From an uncultured Actinomycetes bacterium (lineage in GTDB: Bacteria; Actinomycetota; Thermoleophilia; RBG-16-64-13): DNA of 64,000 nucleotides. Shown here piece after piece: positions 39,917 through 49,671 of this stretch (position 1 is its first letter; every line of letters begins with the position of its first letter). Location of the stretch: the NCBI GenBank assembly GCA_963714175.1, contig CAVQNN010000003.1, positions 1,029,795-1,093,794 of the forward strand, in the 5' to 3' direction. A model generated the notes under the pieces. It searched no databases, had not been told where the DNA came from, and worked only from the letters and a program-made list of their open reading frames with translations. Made by a program: the position numbers and the translations under genes.

Positions 39917-39922
39917 TAGAAT
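39917..39922 (+). promoter_or_regulatory. -10 hexamer TAGAAT, 8 nt before the metG ATG (leaderless-type arrangement)
   Basis: gcTAGAATagtcggccATG with no Shine-Dalgarno between them. Confidence 0.45.
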
Positions 39923-39930
39923 AGTCGGCC

Positions 39931-41535
39931 ATGAGCCGGTTCTACATCACCACGCCCATCTACTACGTCAACGACGTGCCGCACATCGGCCACGCCTACA
40001 CGACGACGGCCGCGGACGTGGCGGCCCGCTTTCACCGGCAACTGGGCGACGACGTCTTCTTCCTCACCGGCACCGACGAGCACGGCACCAAGGTGGAGCA
40101 GGCGGCGGCTGCTCGCGGGCTCACCCCGAAGGAGCACGTGGACCAAGTGGTGGCCAAGTTCAAGGAAGTCGCTCGTAAGGTGGGAGCCAGCAACGACTTC
40201 TTCATCCGGACAACCGACCCGGAACACGAGAGATACGTGCAGGATTTCGTCCAACGCTGCTACGACGCCGGCGACATCTACAAGAGCTCCTATTCCGGTC
40301 TCTATTGCCCGGCGTGCGAGGCCTACTACACCGAGGAGAACCTGGTCGACGGCCTCTGCCCCGACCACGGCACGGCGCCCGTCCACATGGAAGAGGACAA
40401 CTACTTCTTCCGTCTCTCGGCTTTCCAAGACCGTCTCGCCGCCCATTACAAGAGCAGTCCGGATTTCGTGCGCCCCCGCCACCGCTACAACGAGGCGCTG
40501 TCGTTCATCGAGCAAGGACTGGACGACATCTCCATATCGCGCGGGACCCTCAAGTGGGGGATACCCGTTCCCTGGGACGAGACTCAGGTCATCTACGTGT
40601 GGGTGGACGCACTGATCAACTATCTGAGCGCGCTGAGCTATGCTCCCGGTCAAGATCTTGCCCGCGTTTCTGGCCGGCGAGCTACCACTTGATGGCGCAG
40701 GACATCCTCAAGTTCCACGGGATCATCTGGCCGGCGCTTCTCATGTCGGCCGGCTTTGAGCTGCCGGAGCACCTCTTCATTCACGGGTACCTGAAGCTTG
40801 GCGGGGAGAAAATGTCCAAGACTCGCGGGAACGTGATGGACCCCTTCCCGCTGATCGAGCAGTATGGCGCCGACCCCTTCCGTTTCTATTGCCTGCGCGA
40901 GGTGAGTTTCGGCCTGGACGGGATGGTGAGCGAGGAAGGGTTCAAGGCCCGCTACAACAGCGAGTTGGCCAACGAACTCGGCAACCTGCTGTCGCGGAGC
41001 ACGTCGATGATCGGCAAGTATCGTGGCGGCGCAGTCCCGGCGCCGCCCGCAGGGTATGCGGACGCCCCGGAGTGCGCGGTGGCCCACCCGGGCTCGCCGC
41101 TGGCCGTCGAGGCGATCTCCACCTGTGCCGCGGTGCGGACACAACTCGAACAGATGGACCTGAGTTCCGCGCTGGAGACCATCTGGGTCTTCGTGCGCCG
41201 TCTCAATCGGTACGTGGAAGAGCAGGCGCCGTGGAAACTGGCCAAGGAAGCAGCCGCAGAAGGCGCGCCGGGGCAAGCCGCCGGCGCCGCGCTCGACGCG
41301 ACTCTCTGGGACCTGGCCGAGGGTCTGCGTCTGTCTGTCGGTGCTTCTGCACCCGTTCATACCCGAGACCGCGGCGGCCATTCGCGAGCGGCTGGGCATG
41401 GGTGGCGCGGCGGGCGCCGCGCCCGACGCCGCGCCGGCGACAGCGCCGAGCTGGGACGAGGCCCGCTGGGGTCTTCTGCCCGCCGGTCTGACGGTTGTGA
41501 CAGGCGACCCGCTCTTCCCACGCATCGAGGAGTGA
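39931..41535 (+). CDS. metG: Methionyl-tRNA synthetase (short form), two frame disruptions as assembled
   Basis: TTPIYYVNDVPHIGHAY (HIGH), the CPAC/CPDH zinc knuckle, FWPASYHLMAQDILKFHGIIWPA and KMSKTRGN (KMSKS). Junctions near 40665 (2 surplus nt) and 41335. Confidence 0.9.
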
Positions 41536-41582
41536 TTTCGACGTGCTCGGCGCCCTATCGGCGGCCGGACATGCTCGGGTAG

Positions 41583-41743
41583 GAGCCTGTCGGGAAATCA
41601 AGCCGCGGTCGCCGGGCAGCACTGGGCGGCGCAATAGCACGTCCTCAGTCGCGCAAATAGCGTTGCTATTCACGCTCCCTGCGTCCTCCTCTTGCGCGTA
41701 CCCATCGCTTCCCTGCGACGGGGCTCAATTCCCCGACAGGCTG
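41583..41743. repeat. 161-nt imperfect-palindrome intergenic element (same family as 4845-5075)
   Basis: The terminal arms gagcctgtcgggaaat and aattccccgacaggctg are near-complementary. The central hairpin is aaatagcg-ttg-ctattcac. The internal roughly 100 nt match the 4.9-kb copy. Confidence 0.8.
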
Positions 41744-41760
41744 CTGGTCTCAGCGGCATC

Positions 41761-42537
41761 ATGCTGATCGACTCGCACACCCACCTGGACCACTGCCACG
41801 AGGACGCGGCCGCCCTGGTCACCGACGCGAAGGAAGCCGGCGTCGGACTGATCATCCAGTGCGGCATCGACGGCGAGCGTTCCCGCTACTCGTTGGAGCA
41901 GGCGGAGCGTTTTCCCGAGGTCTTCGCCGTGGTCGGCTACCATCCGCAGGAAGCCGGGCATGTGAGCGACACGGAGTTCGCGGAGATCGAGCGGCTCGCC
42001 GCTCACCCTAGGGTAGTGGCCGTGGGTGAGACCGGCTTCGACTTCTACCACGACAACTGGCCCCACGATATGCAAGAGGAGGCCTTCGTGCGCCACCTCG
42101 ATCTGGCCCGGCGCGCGGGACTCCCGGTGGTCATACACACGCGCGAGGCCGCCGAGCGCACCATGGCCGTGCTGTCCAGGCATGCTGAGGGGCTCACAAC
42201 GATCCTCCACTGCTTTTCGCTGCCGGGAATGCTCGACGAGGTGGTCGAGCGTGGCTTCTACGTGAGCTTCGCCGGCAACGTCACCTACAAGAACGCCGTG
42301 GATCTGCAGGAGGCGGCGCGCGCGGTGCCGGCCCATCTTCTCCTGCTGGAGACCGATGCGCCCTGGCTCACCCCAGTACCGCTGCGGGGGCGGCCCAACC
42401 GGCCGGCGCTGGTTGCCAATACCTACGAGTTCGTGGCCGGGCTGCGCGGAGTGAGTGTCGACGAACTCGCTGCTCAGGTGGAGTCCAACGTCTACCAGGC
42501 GTTCCCCCGGATTGCGGCAGCCATCGGGAGCAAGTGA
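41761..42537 (+). CDS. tatD: TatD-family metal-dependent DNase/hydrolase
   Basis: MLIDSHTHLD, GETGFDFY, VVIHTR, HCFS and LLLETDAPWL motifs. Intact. Confidence 0.9.
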   Translation: MLIDSHTHLDHCHEDAAALVTDAKEAGVGLIIQCGIDGERSRYSLEQAERFPEVFAVVGYHPQEAGHVSDTEFAEIERLAAHPRVVAVGETGFDFYHDNWPHDMQEEAFVRHLDLARRAGLPVVIHTREAAERTMAVLSRHAEGLTTILHCFSLPGMLDEVVERGFYVSFAGNVTYKNAVDLQEAARAVPAHLLLLETDAPWLTPVPLRGRPNRPALVANTYEFVAGLRGVSVDELAAQVESNVYQAFPRIAAAIGSK

Positions 42538-43422
42538 TGACAGGCGTCGGCTCTGGAGGCGGCGAACCGTCGGCGGCGTCGGGCCTTCGCCAGGTGTCGC
42601 TGGCCCGATTGGTCGAGTTCGGCATCAGTCCCAAGCGCGATCTGGGGCAGAACTTCCTCATCGACGACAACATCCTGGGCGTGATCCTGGGGCAGTTGGA
42701 GTGCGGCCCCGACGACGTGGTTCTGGAGGTGGGAGCAGGCTTGGGCGTGCTCACCGCCGCGCTCGCGGGTGTGGCCAAGCATGTGCAGGCCTTTGAGGTG
42801 GACAGGAGCCTGGAACCGCCGCTCATGGCCACGCTGCGCGCCCAAGTCGCCCCCGACGCCCGCCCGGCAGTGAGCGTCCACTTCCAGGACATCCTCAAGG
42901 CCCGACTGGAAGACCTCGATCCTCTGCCTACCTTGTGCGCGAGCAATCTCCCTTACTCGGTCGCAGGCCCCTTCGTCATCGAGGCCCTGCAGCGGCTGCC
43001 GAGCGTACGCCGCTACTGCGTCATGGTGCAGCGAGAGGTTGCCCAGCGCATGGCGGCGGACCCGGGGTCCAAGACGTACGGGACGCTCTCGGTGTGGGTG
43101 CAGCTCTACGCCAAGATCACGCGGACCCGTCCGCTGGGTAGGTCCATCTTCTATCCACGGCCGAACGTTGACTCGAGCCTGGTGGTCTTCGACCGCCTTC
43201 CGCCGGGAGAACTACCTTCCTGCGATCCTGCCCGGCTGCGGGCCGTGATACAGGCAGCCTTCGGCCAGAGACGCAAGACCCTGGCCAACGCGCTCAGCGC
43301 CGGACTGGGGTTGCCGCAGGGAGCGGACGCTGGAGATGATCGCCTCGCTCGGCCTCGCTGCCGACGTGCGCGCGGAGCGATTGGCGCCCAGGCAGTTCGT
43401 GGAATTGGCGGAGGCCTATTAA
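42534..43422 (+). CDS. rsmA: 16S rRNA (adenine1518/1519-N6)-dimethyltransferase, 3' end frameshifted as assembled
   Basis: LGQNFLID, LEVGAGLGVLT, SNLPYSV and FYPRPNVDS. A +1 shift near 43318 restores ...ERTLEMIASLGLAADVRAERLAPRQFVELAEAY* (stop at 43420-43422). Confidence 0.88.
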
Positions 43423-43479
43423 GTACTGCCCGCTCTGTGCCGATGAATTGCTATGCGAGCTAACGATTGGAGGTTAGTC

Positions 43480-44068
43480 ATGGCGGTTACATCCGGTCGC
43501 AAGCCTCGATGCGTCGGCGCCATAGCCACGTATCTCAATGCGGGTCTTTGGGGGTCCCGCTTCATCGGAGACTGTGAAGTCAGCACCAACGGCGAGAGGG
43601 TCTGGTTGAAGGGCCGCCGAGTACCGGCGTGGGTGTCGTTGATGCGTGTGATCTGCTTCGTGGCATTCATCCCGGTGGGATTCTATGCAGGTTGGATCCT
43701 TGGCGAGACGCTCATCGGACACTGGGGATATCCCCCCGACTACTATCTGGCCTCTGCGCTACTGACGTTCCTACTCGTCGTGCTGGGGATGTGGGGCGCG
43801 GGTATCTGGACGGACAGCATGAGCTCGTATGAGGTGGTCTCTTGGCCCGCGTCAAAGGGTTCGGAGTATCGCGCAGAGCACCGGTCGAAGGGCGACACAG
43901 GGAGACACGGTCTGGACGGTCCTCAACACGCTCGTCAGCTTCAACGGCCTGACTCAGGTCAACATCCCGGTCGGGCCGGGCGGCAAACCGCGTCGCCTCG
44001 TGCTCAAGGCGCGTGACACGGAGGCCAACACACTGATGTTGGTGCCTGTCGGGAGCCTACTACGGTGA
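43480..44068 (+). CDS. Hypothetical membrane protein (2 TM), frameshifted as assembled
   Basis: ATG 43480 follows GGAGG. ORF 43453..44016 (TM helices VICFVAFIPVGFYAGWILG and LLTFLLVVLGMWGAGIW) continues in the frame of ORF 43829..44068. No family recognised. Confidence 0.45.
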
Positions 44069-44168
44069 GATGAACAACGACCTGCCGGAGACGAGCGCCC
44101 AGGACGACCCCTGGTCCTGGAGCCGCAACTAGCTCTGCATCCCCGGCGGTGGTAGGCCGGGCATAGAA

Positions 44169-45287
44169 TCAGCTCGCGACTTTGGGCGGCATCGGTACAC
44201 CGGTGCCGCCTTTCGAGCTTCCGAGGGCGGCCACATCGACAGCCGCGTATCTGTCCCGCCAGCGGCTCGATGCGTTTGAGCGCGGCCCAGACCAGCGCCG
44301 TCACGAGAGGGGAGGGCTGCTTCTTCTGGCCGAAGGAGAAGGCTTCGAATCCCTTGAAGGTCGAGAGTGGGGTCACCGTGCCGTCGGCGGAGACGTTGTA
44401 CGCGAGCAGGCAGGCGGCTATCTCGACGAGCGCCGTGCGGTCCTCGGGACGCGAAGCCGGGCCGTCCCATACCTCCGGCAGGCGACCCAGGGTGTCGACC
44501 ATTTCGTAGGCGCTGTACCAGGTGGGGGGCCATTTGACCTGCTTGAACTGCCGTCCATGACCGAACATGTAGGGCTTGTCGGTTGACCGCGAACGCCATA
44601 CGCCAAGCACGGTCTGGGCTGCTTCAACGACTTCCTTCGGCCGATCCCGGCGGGCAGCCGGCTGAAGGCGCTGCAGTGCCTCCAGCGTGGCCTGCGGGCA
44701 GCAATCATGGACCCGGCCGGGCCCACGCCAAGTCGTGCCGGTGGAGGGACGGCAGGGCCAAGCCAAGCCCTGTGGGGTCGAGCGCAGGTCGGAGACGGCG
44801 GTCTTCAGGGCGCGCTGCTACTCGAGGGTCGCCATCCCTCCCGAAGCGCAGGAGAGCAGCCGCGATCGGATGCGTGTCGCAGAGGAGGCTTCCCCAACGC
44901 GGGCGCATCCCCTCGGCGACCGCCGGCGAACATCTGGAAGCGTCCGTCGTCGTCGGAGTGGGCGAGCATCTGGTCGAGCAGCACTGTCGATGCGGGGGTC
45001 GTCATCGGCCCGGATTCCCATCTCGCCCAGCAGCTCGAGGAGGTTGGTCGCCAGCAGGGGTTTGTCGTGCCCGGAGATGTCCCGTCGGTCTCCCAGTCGC
45101 CGAGCAGCCCGATCAGTGTCTGGACGCCGGCATCGCGAACAACAGCCTCATGGGCAGCCGCCACCTCGGGTGCGTCCTCGGGGAGGTCCAAGAGACTCGT
45201 GAGAGCGATCCATCGCGCCGCGGGCTCCTCGGAGGCAAGGAGCCAAGGGGTCGGATCGGGCCTCCCGAGCGTCGAGAAAAGCGTCAT
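44169..45287 (-). CDS. Hypothetical protein, several frame disruptions as assembled
   Basis: Coherent peptide segments are spread over ORFs 44805..45287, 44818..45021, 44705..44908 and 43954..44766 (e.g. KPYMFGHGRQFKQVKWPPTWYSAYEMVDTL). The fold guess (alpha-repeat) is weak and no family is recognised. Confidence 0.4.
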
Positions 45288-45424
45288 CGCATCAACCTCC
45301 AGTGCCGGCCTCCGCCTCCGGCGCCAGTATACGTCGGCGGTGTCGGTTTGCGGTTTGTCGTCCGGCGCCTCATGATGAATGGGGCGGGCTGTCTGAGCTT
45401 CCGGTCTACGAGGAGGAGCACCCG

Positions 45425-46365
45425 ATGGTGAGTATCACGAAGCGAACCCCGGCCAAGATCAACCTGTGTCTCCTGGTGGGTCCCAAGGACGAGACGGGCA
45501 ATCACGAGATATTCACGGTCTTCGTCCCGGTGGATGTCTACGACGAGCTGGAGTTCGCTCTCGAGGCTCACGAAGGGGGCGCAGGCCACGGCGACCTCCA
45601 CGTCGAATGCATGACCTCGCCCGGGGAGGACAACCTGGCGACTCAGGCGCTGAGAGCGCTGGAGCGTCACACCGGCTGGAGTCTCAGCGGCCGGGTGGTG
45701 ATCCACAAGCGCATTCCCGTGGGAGCAGGCATGGGAGGGGGCAGTTCCGACGCGGCGGCTGCTCTGCTTGCAGGCGCGGAGACGCTGGCCGAGGCCGGAG
45801 GTCCGCTGCTCGCCGATGATCAGCTTGTCGAGCTTGGCCCGGGGGCTGGGCGCCGACGTGGCCTTCTTCCTCGACCCGTTTCCGGCCATCGGCCGGGGCA
45901 TAGGCGAACTGCTGGAACCGCTCGAACTGCCCGAACTCTCGTTCGTGCTGGTCTTCTTCGACAGGATGCTCTCGACCGCCAGGGTCTATCGGGCGTTCGA
46001 CGCGCATGCAGAACGCCGAGAACCGGGGCCTGTTCGACTACCGCGCGACTCAAGCGGAGAAACGCTGGCGCCAGGTGGTCGACGCCGGCCAGGTCGCCCG
46101 CATGCTCGAGAACGATCTCGAACCCGCCAGTTTCAGTCTCATCCCCTCCCTCATGACCGACCGGGAGATCCTCATCAGAGAGGGCGCGGCCGGAGCGCTC
46201 ATGAGTGGCTCCGGACCCACCCTGTTCGGCCTGTGCGCATCGGCGGACAAGGCTGCAGAGCTGGCGGAGCGGCTGGCTGTGCGCGGATTCCAGGCGCGGG
46301 TGGCGACGGTAGCGGGCCTGACCGGCGAAGACGTTTCCGAAGACGACCAGCAGGCTGCTGAATAG
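45425..46365 (+). CDS. ispE: 4-diphosphocytidyl-2-C-methyl-D-erythritol kinase, two +1 frameshifts as assembled
   Basis: PAKINLCLLV, KRIPVGAGMGGGSSDAAA (GHMP motif), GADVAFF and MSGSGPTLFG. Junctions near 45830 and 46000. Confidence 0.85.
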
Positions 46366-46382
46366 CGACGCGGTGCCTTGTC

Positions 46383-46412
46383 TTGACACCCCTTCGGCGC
46401 CTGACCTATACT
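46383..46412 (+). promoter_or_regulatory. Near-consensus promoter TTGACA-18-TATACT upstream of tRNA-Gln (and possibly glmU-prs)
   Basis: TTGACA at 46383-46388 and TATACT at 46407-46412. The tRNA begins at 46451. Confidence 0.6.
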
Positions 46413-46450
46413 CCCAGCGCTCTTTGGCTTGGCCTCGGAGCCGGAAGCGA

Positions 46451-46522
46451 TGGGGCGTCGCCAAGTGGTAAGGCAACGGGTTTTGGTCCCGTCATTCGTA
46501 GGTTCGAATCCTGCCGCCCCAG
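46451..46522 (+). tRNA. tRNA-Gln (anticodon UUG)
   Basis: Cloverleaf folded by hand: acceptor TGGGGCG/CGCCCCA, anticodon stem ACGGG/CCCGT with loop TTTTGGT, T-arm GTAGG-TTCGAAT-CCTGC. Very similar to E. coli tRNA-Gln. No encoded CCA. Confidence 0.9.
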
Positions 46523-46565
46523 CTTCCCTCTTCTCTTCCAAGACTCCATCGGGGTATAGACCGGG

Positions 46566-47360
46566 TTGACCGCTCACATCGGTAGCGTAGTGATACTGGC
46601 CGCGGGCCAGGGCAAACGCATGAAGTCGAAGCTGCCCAAGGTGCTTCACCCCGTGTGCGGCAGGCCCATGCTCCTCTACGTTCTCGGCGGCCGCGCGTGC
46701 GGTGGAGGCCGAGCGGATCGTCGTGGTCTTGGGCCACGGACACGAGCAGGTGTCGCCCCATCTCCCCGGAGATTGCGTCGTGGCCCTGCAGGATCGGCAA
46801 CTGGGCACCGGGCCATGCGGTCTTGGCGGCGAGAGACCAGATACTGCCCGGATACCTGCTCGTGCTCCCCGGCGACACGCCCCTGGTGACGGGTGAGGCG
46901 CTCAAGGCTCTGGTGCGCGACCACGAGCGCTCGGGCGCGGCGGCGACCGTCCTCACCATGGACCTTGACGACCCCACCGGCTACGGCCGCATCGTCCGCG
47001 ATGCCGCCGGATCGGTGCTGCGCATCGTCGAGCATCGCGACGCGAGTCCCGAGGAGTTGGCCATACATGAGGTGAACAGCGGCATGTACGTGCTGCCGGT
47101 CCCGCTGGCGCTGCAGATACTGCGATGAGGTCGGCAGCGACAACGAGCAGCAGGAGATCTACCTGACCGATGTGATCGCCGGTCTGCGCGCGCGAGCCGA
47201 GAAGGTGGCGGCGTCGAAGGTCGCGGACCCCTCTCTGGTGCTGGGTGTCAACTCTCTCGACGAGTTGGCGCAGGCCGAGGCGATCATGGCCACACGCCCC
47301 GAGGGTCCAGAAACGGACGCGTGTCCGTCAACAGTGATACCTTACGAGCAGGACCGATAG
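46566..47360 (+). CDS. glmU: GlmU-like sugar-1-phosphate uridylyltransferase domain only (no LbH acetyltransferase domain), three +1 frameshifts as assembled
   Basis: [51 protein letters not shown] and EIYLTDVI. Junctions near 46685, 46811 and 47127. The stop is at 47360, only 51 nt before prs. Confidence 0.75.
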
Positions 47361-47411
47361 GACAAGGAGGATCGGGGCATGGGAGACTGGGAACCGCGGC
47401 GGTGCGCGCGG

Positions 47412-48375
47412 ATGACCCCTGAGCGTTCGCTGATGGTGTTCTCGGGGCGAGGCAACCCAGAACTCAGCCGCCACGTCGCCGACAAGCTCGGCATCGAGTT
47501 GGGGCGCGTGGACATCAAGACCTTCGCCGACGGGGAGATCTACGCCAAGTACGGTGAGAGCGTCCGCGGCGCGGATGTCTTCATCATCCAACCGACTTGC
47601 CGCCCGGTGAACGAGAACCTCATGGAGCTCCTGATCATGATCCAGGCGGCCCGGCTGGCCTCGGCCCATCGGGTCACCGCGGTGGTCCCCTGGATGGGCT
47701 ACTCGCGCCAGGACAAGAAGAGCTGCCCGCGCGAGCCCATCACGGCTCGACTGGTGGCCGACATCATACAGGCGGCGGGTGCGGACCGGGTGGTGACCAT
47801 GGACCTGCATTCCGGACAGTTGCAGGGCTTCTTCAGCGTCCCGGTCGACCACATGACGGCTCTGTCCATGATCGCCGACTACTTCAAGCTCAAGGGGCTG
47901 GACAACATGGTGGTCGTGTCGCCCGACGCCGGTGGCATGAAGACGGCGAAGCGCATGGCCGATCGCCTGGATTGCTCGGTGGCCGACGCTGGCGAAGGTG
48001 CGGCCCGAGCACAACGTGTCGCGGGTGATGTACGTCATCGGCGACGTGGAAGGCAAGACGGCCATCATGATCGACGACATCTTCGACACCGCCGGAACGC
48101 TGGTGAACGGAGTGCAGGCGCTGATCGACAAAGGGGTCAAGGAGGTCTACGCGGCCTGTACCCACCCGGTGCTCTCGGGCCCGGCGTACGAGCGTATCGC
48201 GGCTTCGCCGCTCAAAGAAGTGGTGGTCACCGACACTATTCCCCTGCGCGAAGGCGTGGATAGGGAGAAGATTGTGGTACTATCCACGGCCGGTATCCTG
48301 GCGGATACCATCCGGAGTGTGTTCGCCGACGAGTCGGTGAGCGAGCTATTCCAGGGAGACAACCAGCTGTTCTGA
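47412..48375 (+). CDS. prs: Ribose-phosphate pyrophosphokinase, one +1 frameshift as assembled
   Basis: VFSGRGNPELS, the VVPWMGYSRQDKK loop, VSPDAGG and MIDDIFDTAGT (PRPP loop). Junction near 47988. Confidence 0.9.
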
Positions 48376-48437
48376 GGCCTCGTTCCTGGATGTCGTACTG
48401 AAACGAGCCCTGAAGGCTGACGCTCGAGGAGACTTAC

Positions 48438-49092
48438 ATGGATACCATCAAACTGACGGTGCAAGAGCGGGAAGAGACCGGCAACGGACCTGCCCGCCGG
48501 CTGCGTGCGCAGGGAATGATTCCCGGCGTGAGCTACGGCAAGGGCAAGGAAGCCACTCCCATCTCCGTCAGCCTGGAGGACATGAGGGCGGCCATGAGGC
48601 ATGGCCACAACGTGGTCCTCGAGCTTGACTTCAGCAAGGGCGCCAAGGGCAAGGGCAAGGCCAAGGCTCCTCGCTACGCGGTGGTCAAGCAATTCCAGTT
48701 TCATCCCACCAAACGGTACCTTGCTCCACATCGACCTGCATGAGGTCGATCTGGCGGTGGAGATCGAGTCGTCTGTGGCCATCGAGTTGGTCGGCACTCC
48801 CGCCGGCTTGGCCGACGGTGGGGTCCTGGAATTCGAACGGCGTGAGGTTGTGGTGCGCGCTCTTCCCAACGCCATCCCGGCGGTTCTCGAGCTCGACATC
48901 AGCGAACTGATGATCGGTCACCATCTCTCGATCGCGGCGCTGTCGGCGCCCGAAGGTGTCACGATCGTCGACGATCCCGAGACCATCGTGGTCGCAGTTG
49001 TGCCGCCGCGGGTCGAGCAGGCTGCTGCTGCCGAGGAGGCCGAAGCGGTTGCGGAGCCTGAGGTCGTGGGCGGTCAGAAGAGCGAGGAGTAG
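48438..49092 (+). CDS. rplY: 50S ribosomal protein L25 / general stress protein Ctc (long form), one +1 frameshift as assembled
   Basis: RLRAQGMIPGVSYGKG, then HPTKR | GTLLHIDLHEV and an acidic C-terminal tail. Junction near 48712. Confidence 0.85.
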
Positions 49093-49104
49093 CTTCTCCG
49101 CGGA

Positions 49105-49671
49105 GTGGAACCTGATCCGATCCACCTGATCGTCGCCCTGGGGAATCCTGGGCCTGAATACCAGTTCCACCGCCACAACGTAGGTTTCATGGTGGGGGAG
49201 GAATTGAGGCGGCGTCACGGCCTGCCTCAGCTTCGCTCGAAGTTCCAGGGCCTGGCCGGAGAAGGAACGATGGCCGGGACCCGGGTGGTTCTGCTGCTGC
49301 CTATGACCTTCATGAACCTGTCGGGCCGGGCGGTCGCGGCCGCGGTCCGCAAGCACAATATCCCCGTGAGGCGCATCCTCGTCATACACGACGAGGTCGA
49401 GCTTCCCTTCGGTGAGGTGCGTCTCAAGGAGGGGCAGGGGCTGGGTGGTCACAACGGCCTGCGCAGCCTGGAGCAGTCTCTGGGGTCGCGCGACTTCTGG
49501 AGGGTCCGGGTAGGCGTGGGCCGCCCCGATCAGGACGGACGGCCGCTCATCGATCACGTGCTCGCCTCCTTCAGCGAACCGCGCGAGGAGGTACTCCTGC
49601 TTGTCGAGCGGGCTGCCGATGTGGCGGACGAGTGGCTGGCCGCGCGTGGTGGCGGCGCATGCCCCGCCTGA
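49105..49671 (+). CDS. pth: Peptidyl-tRNA hydrolase
   Basis: LIVALGNPGPEY..HRHNVGF, MNLSG and GGHNGLRS. Intact. Confidence 0.92.
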   Translation: MEPDPIHLIVALGNPGPEYQFHRHNVGFMVGEELRRRHGLPQLRSKFQGLAGEGTMAGTRVVLLLPMTFMNLSGRAVAAAVRKHNIPVRRILVIHDEVELPFGEVRLKEGQGLGGHNGLRSLEQSLGSRDFWRVRVGVGRPDQDGRPLIDHVLASFSEPREEVLLLVERAADVADEWLAARGGGACPA

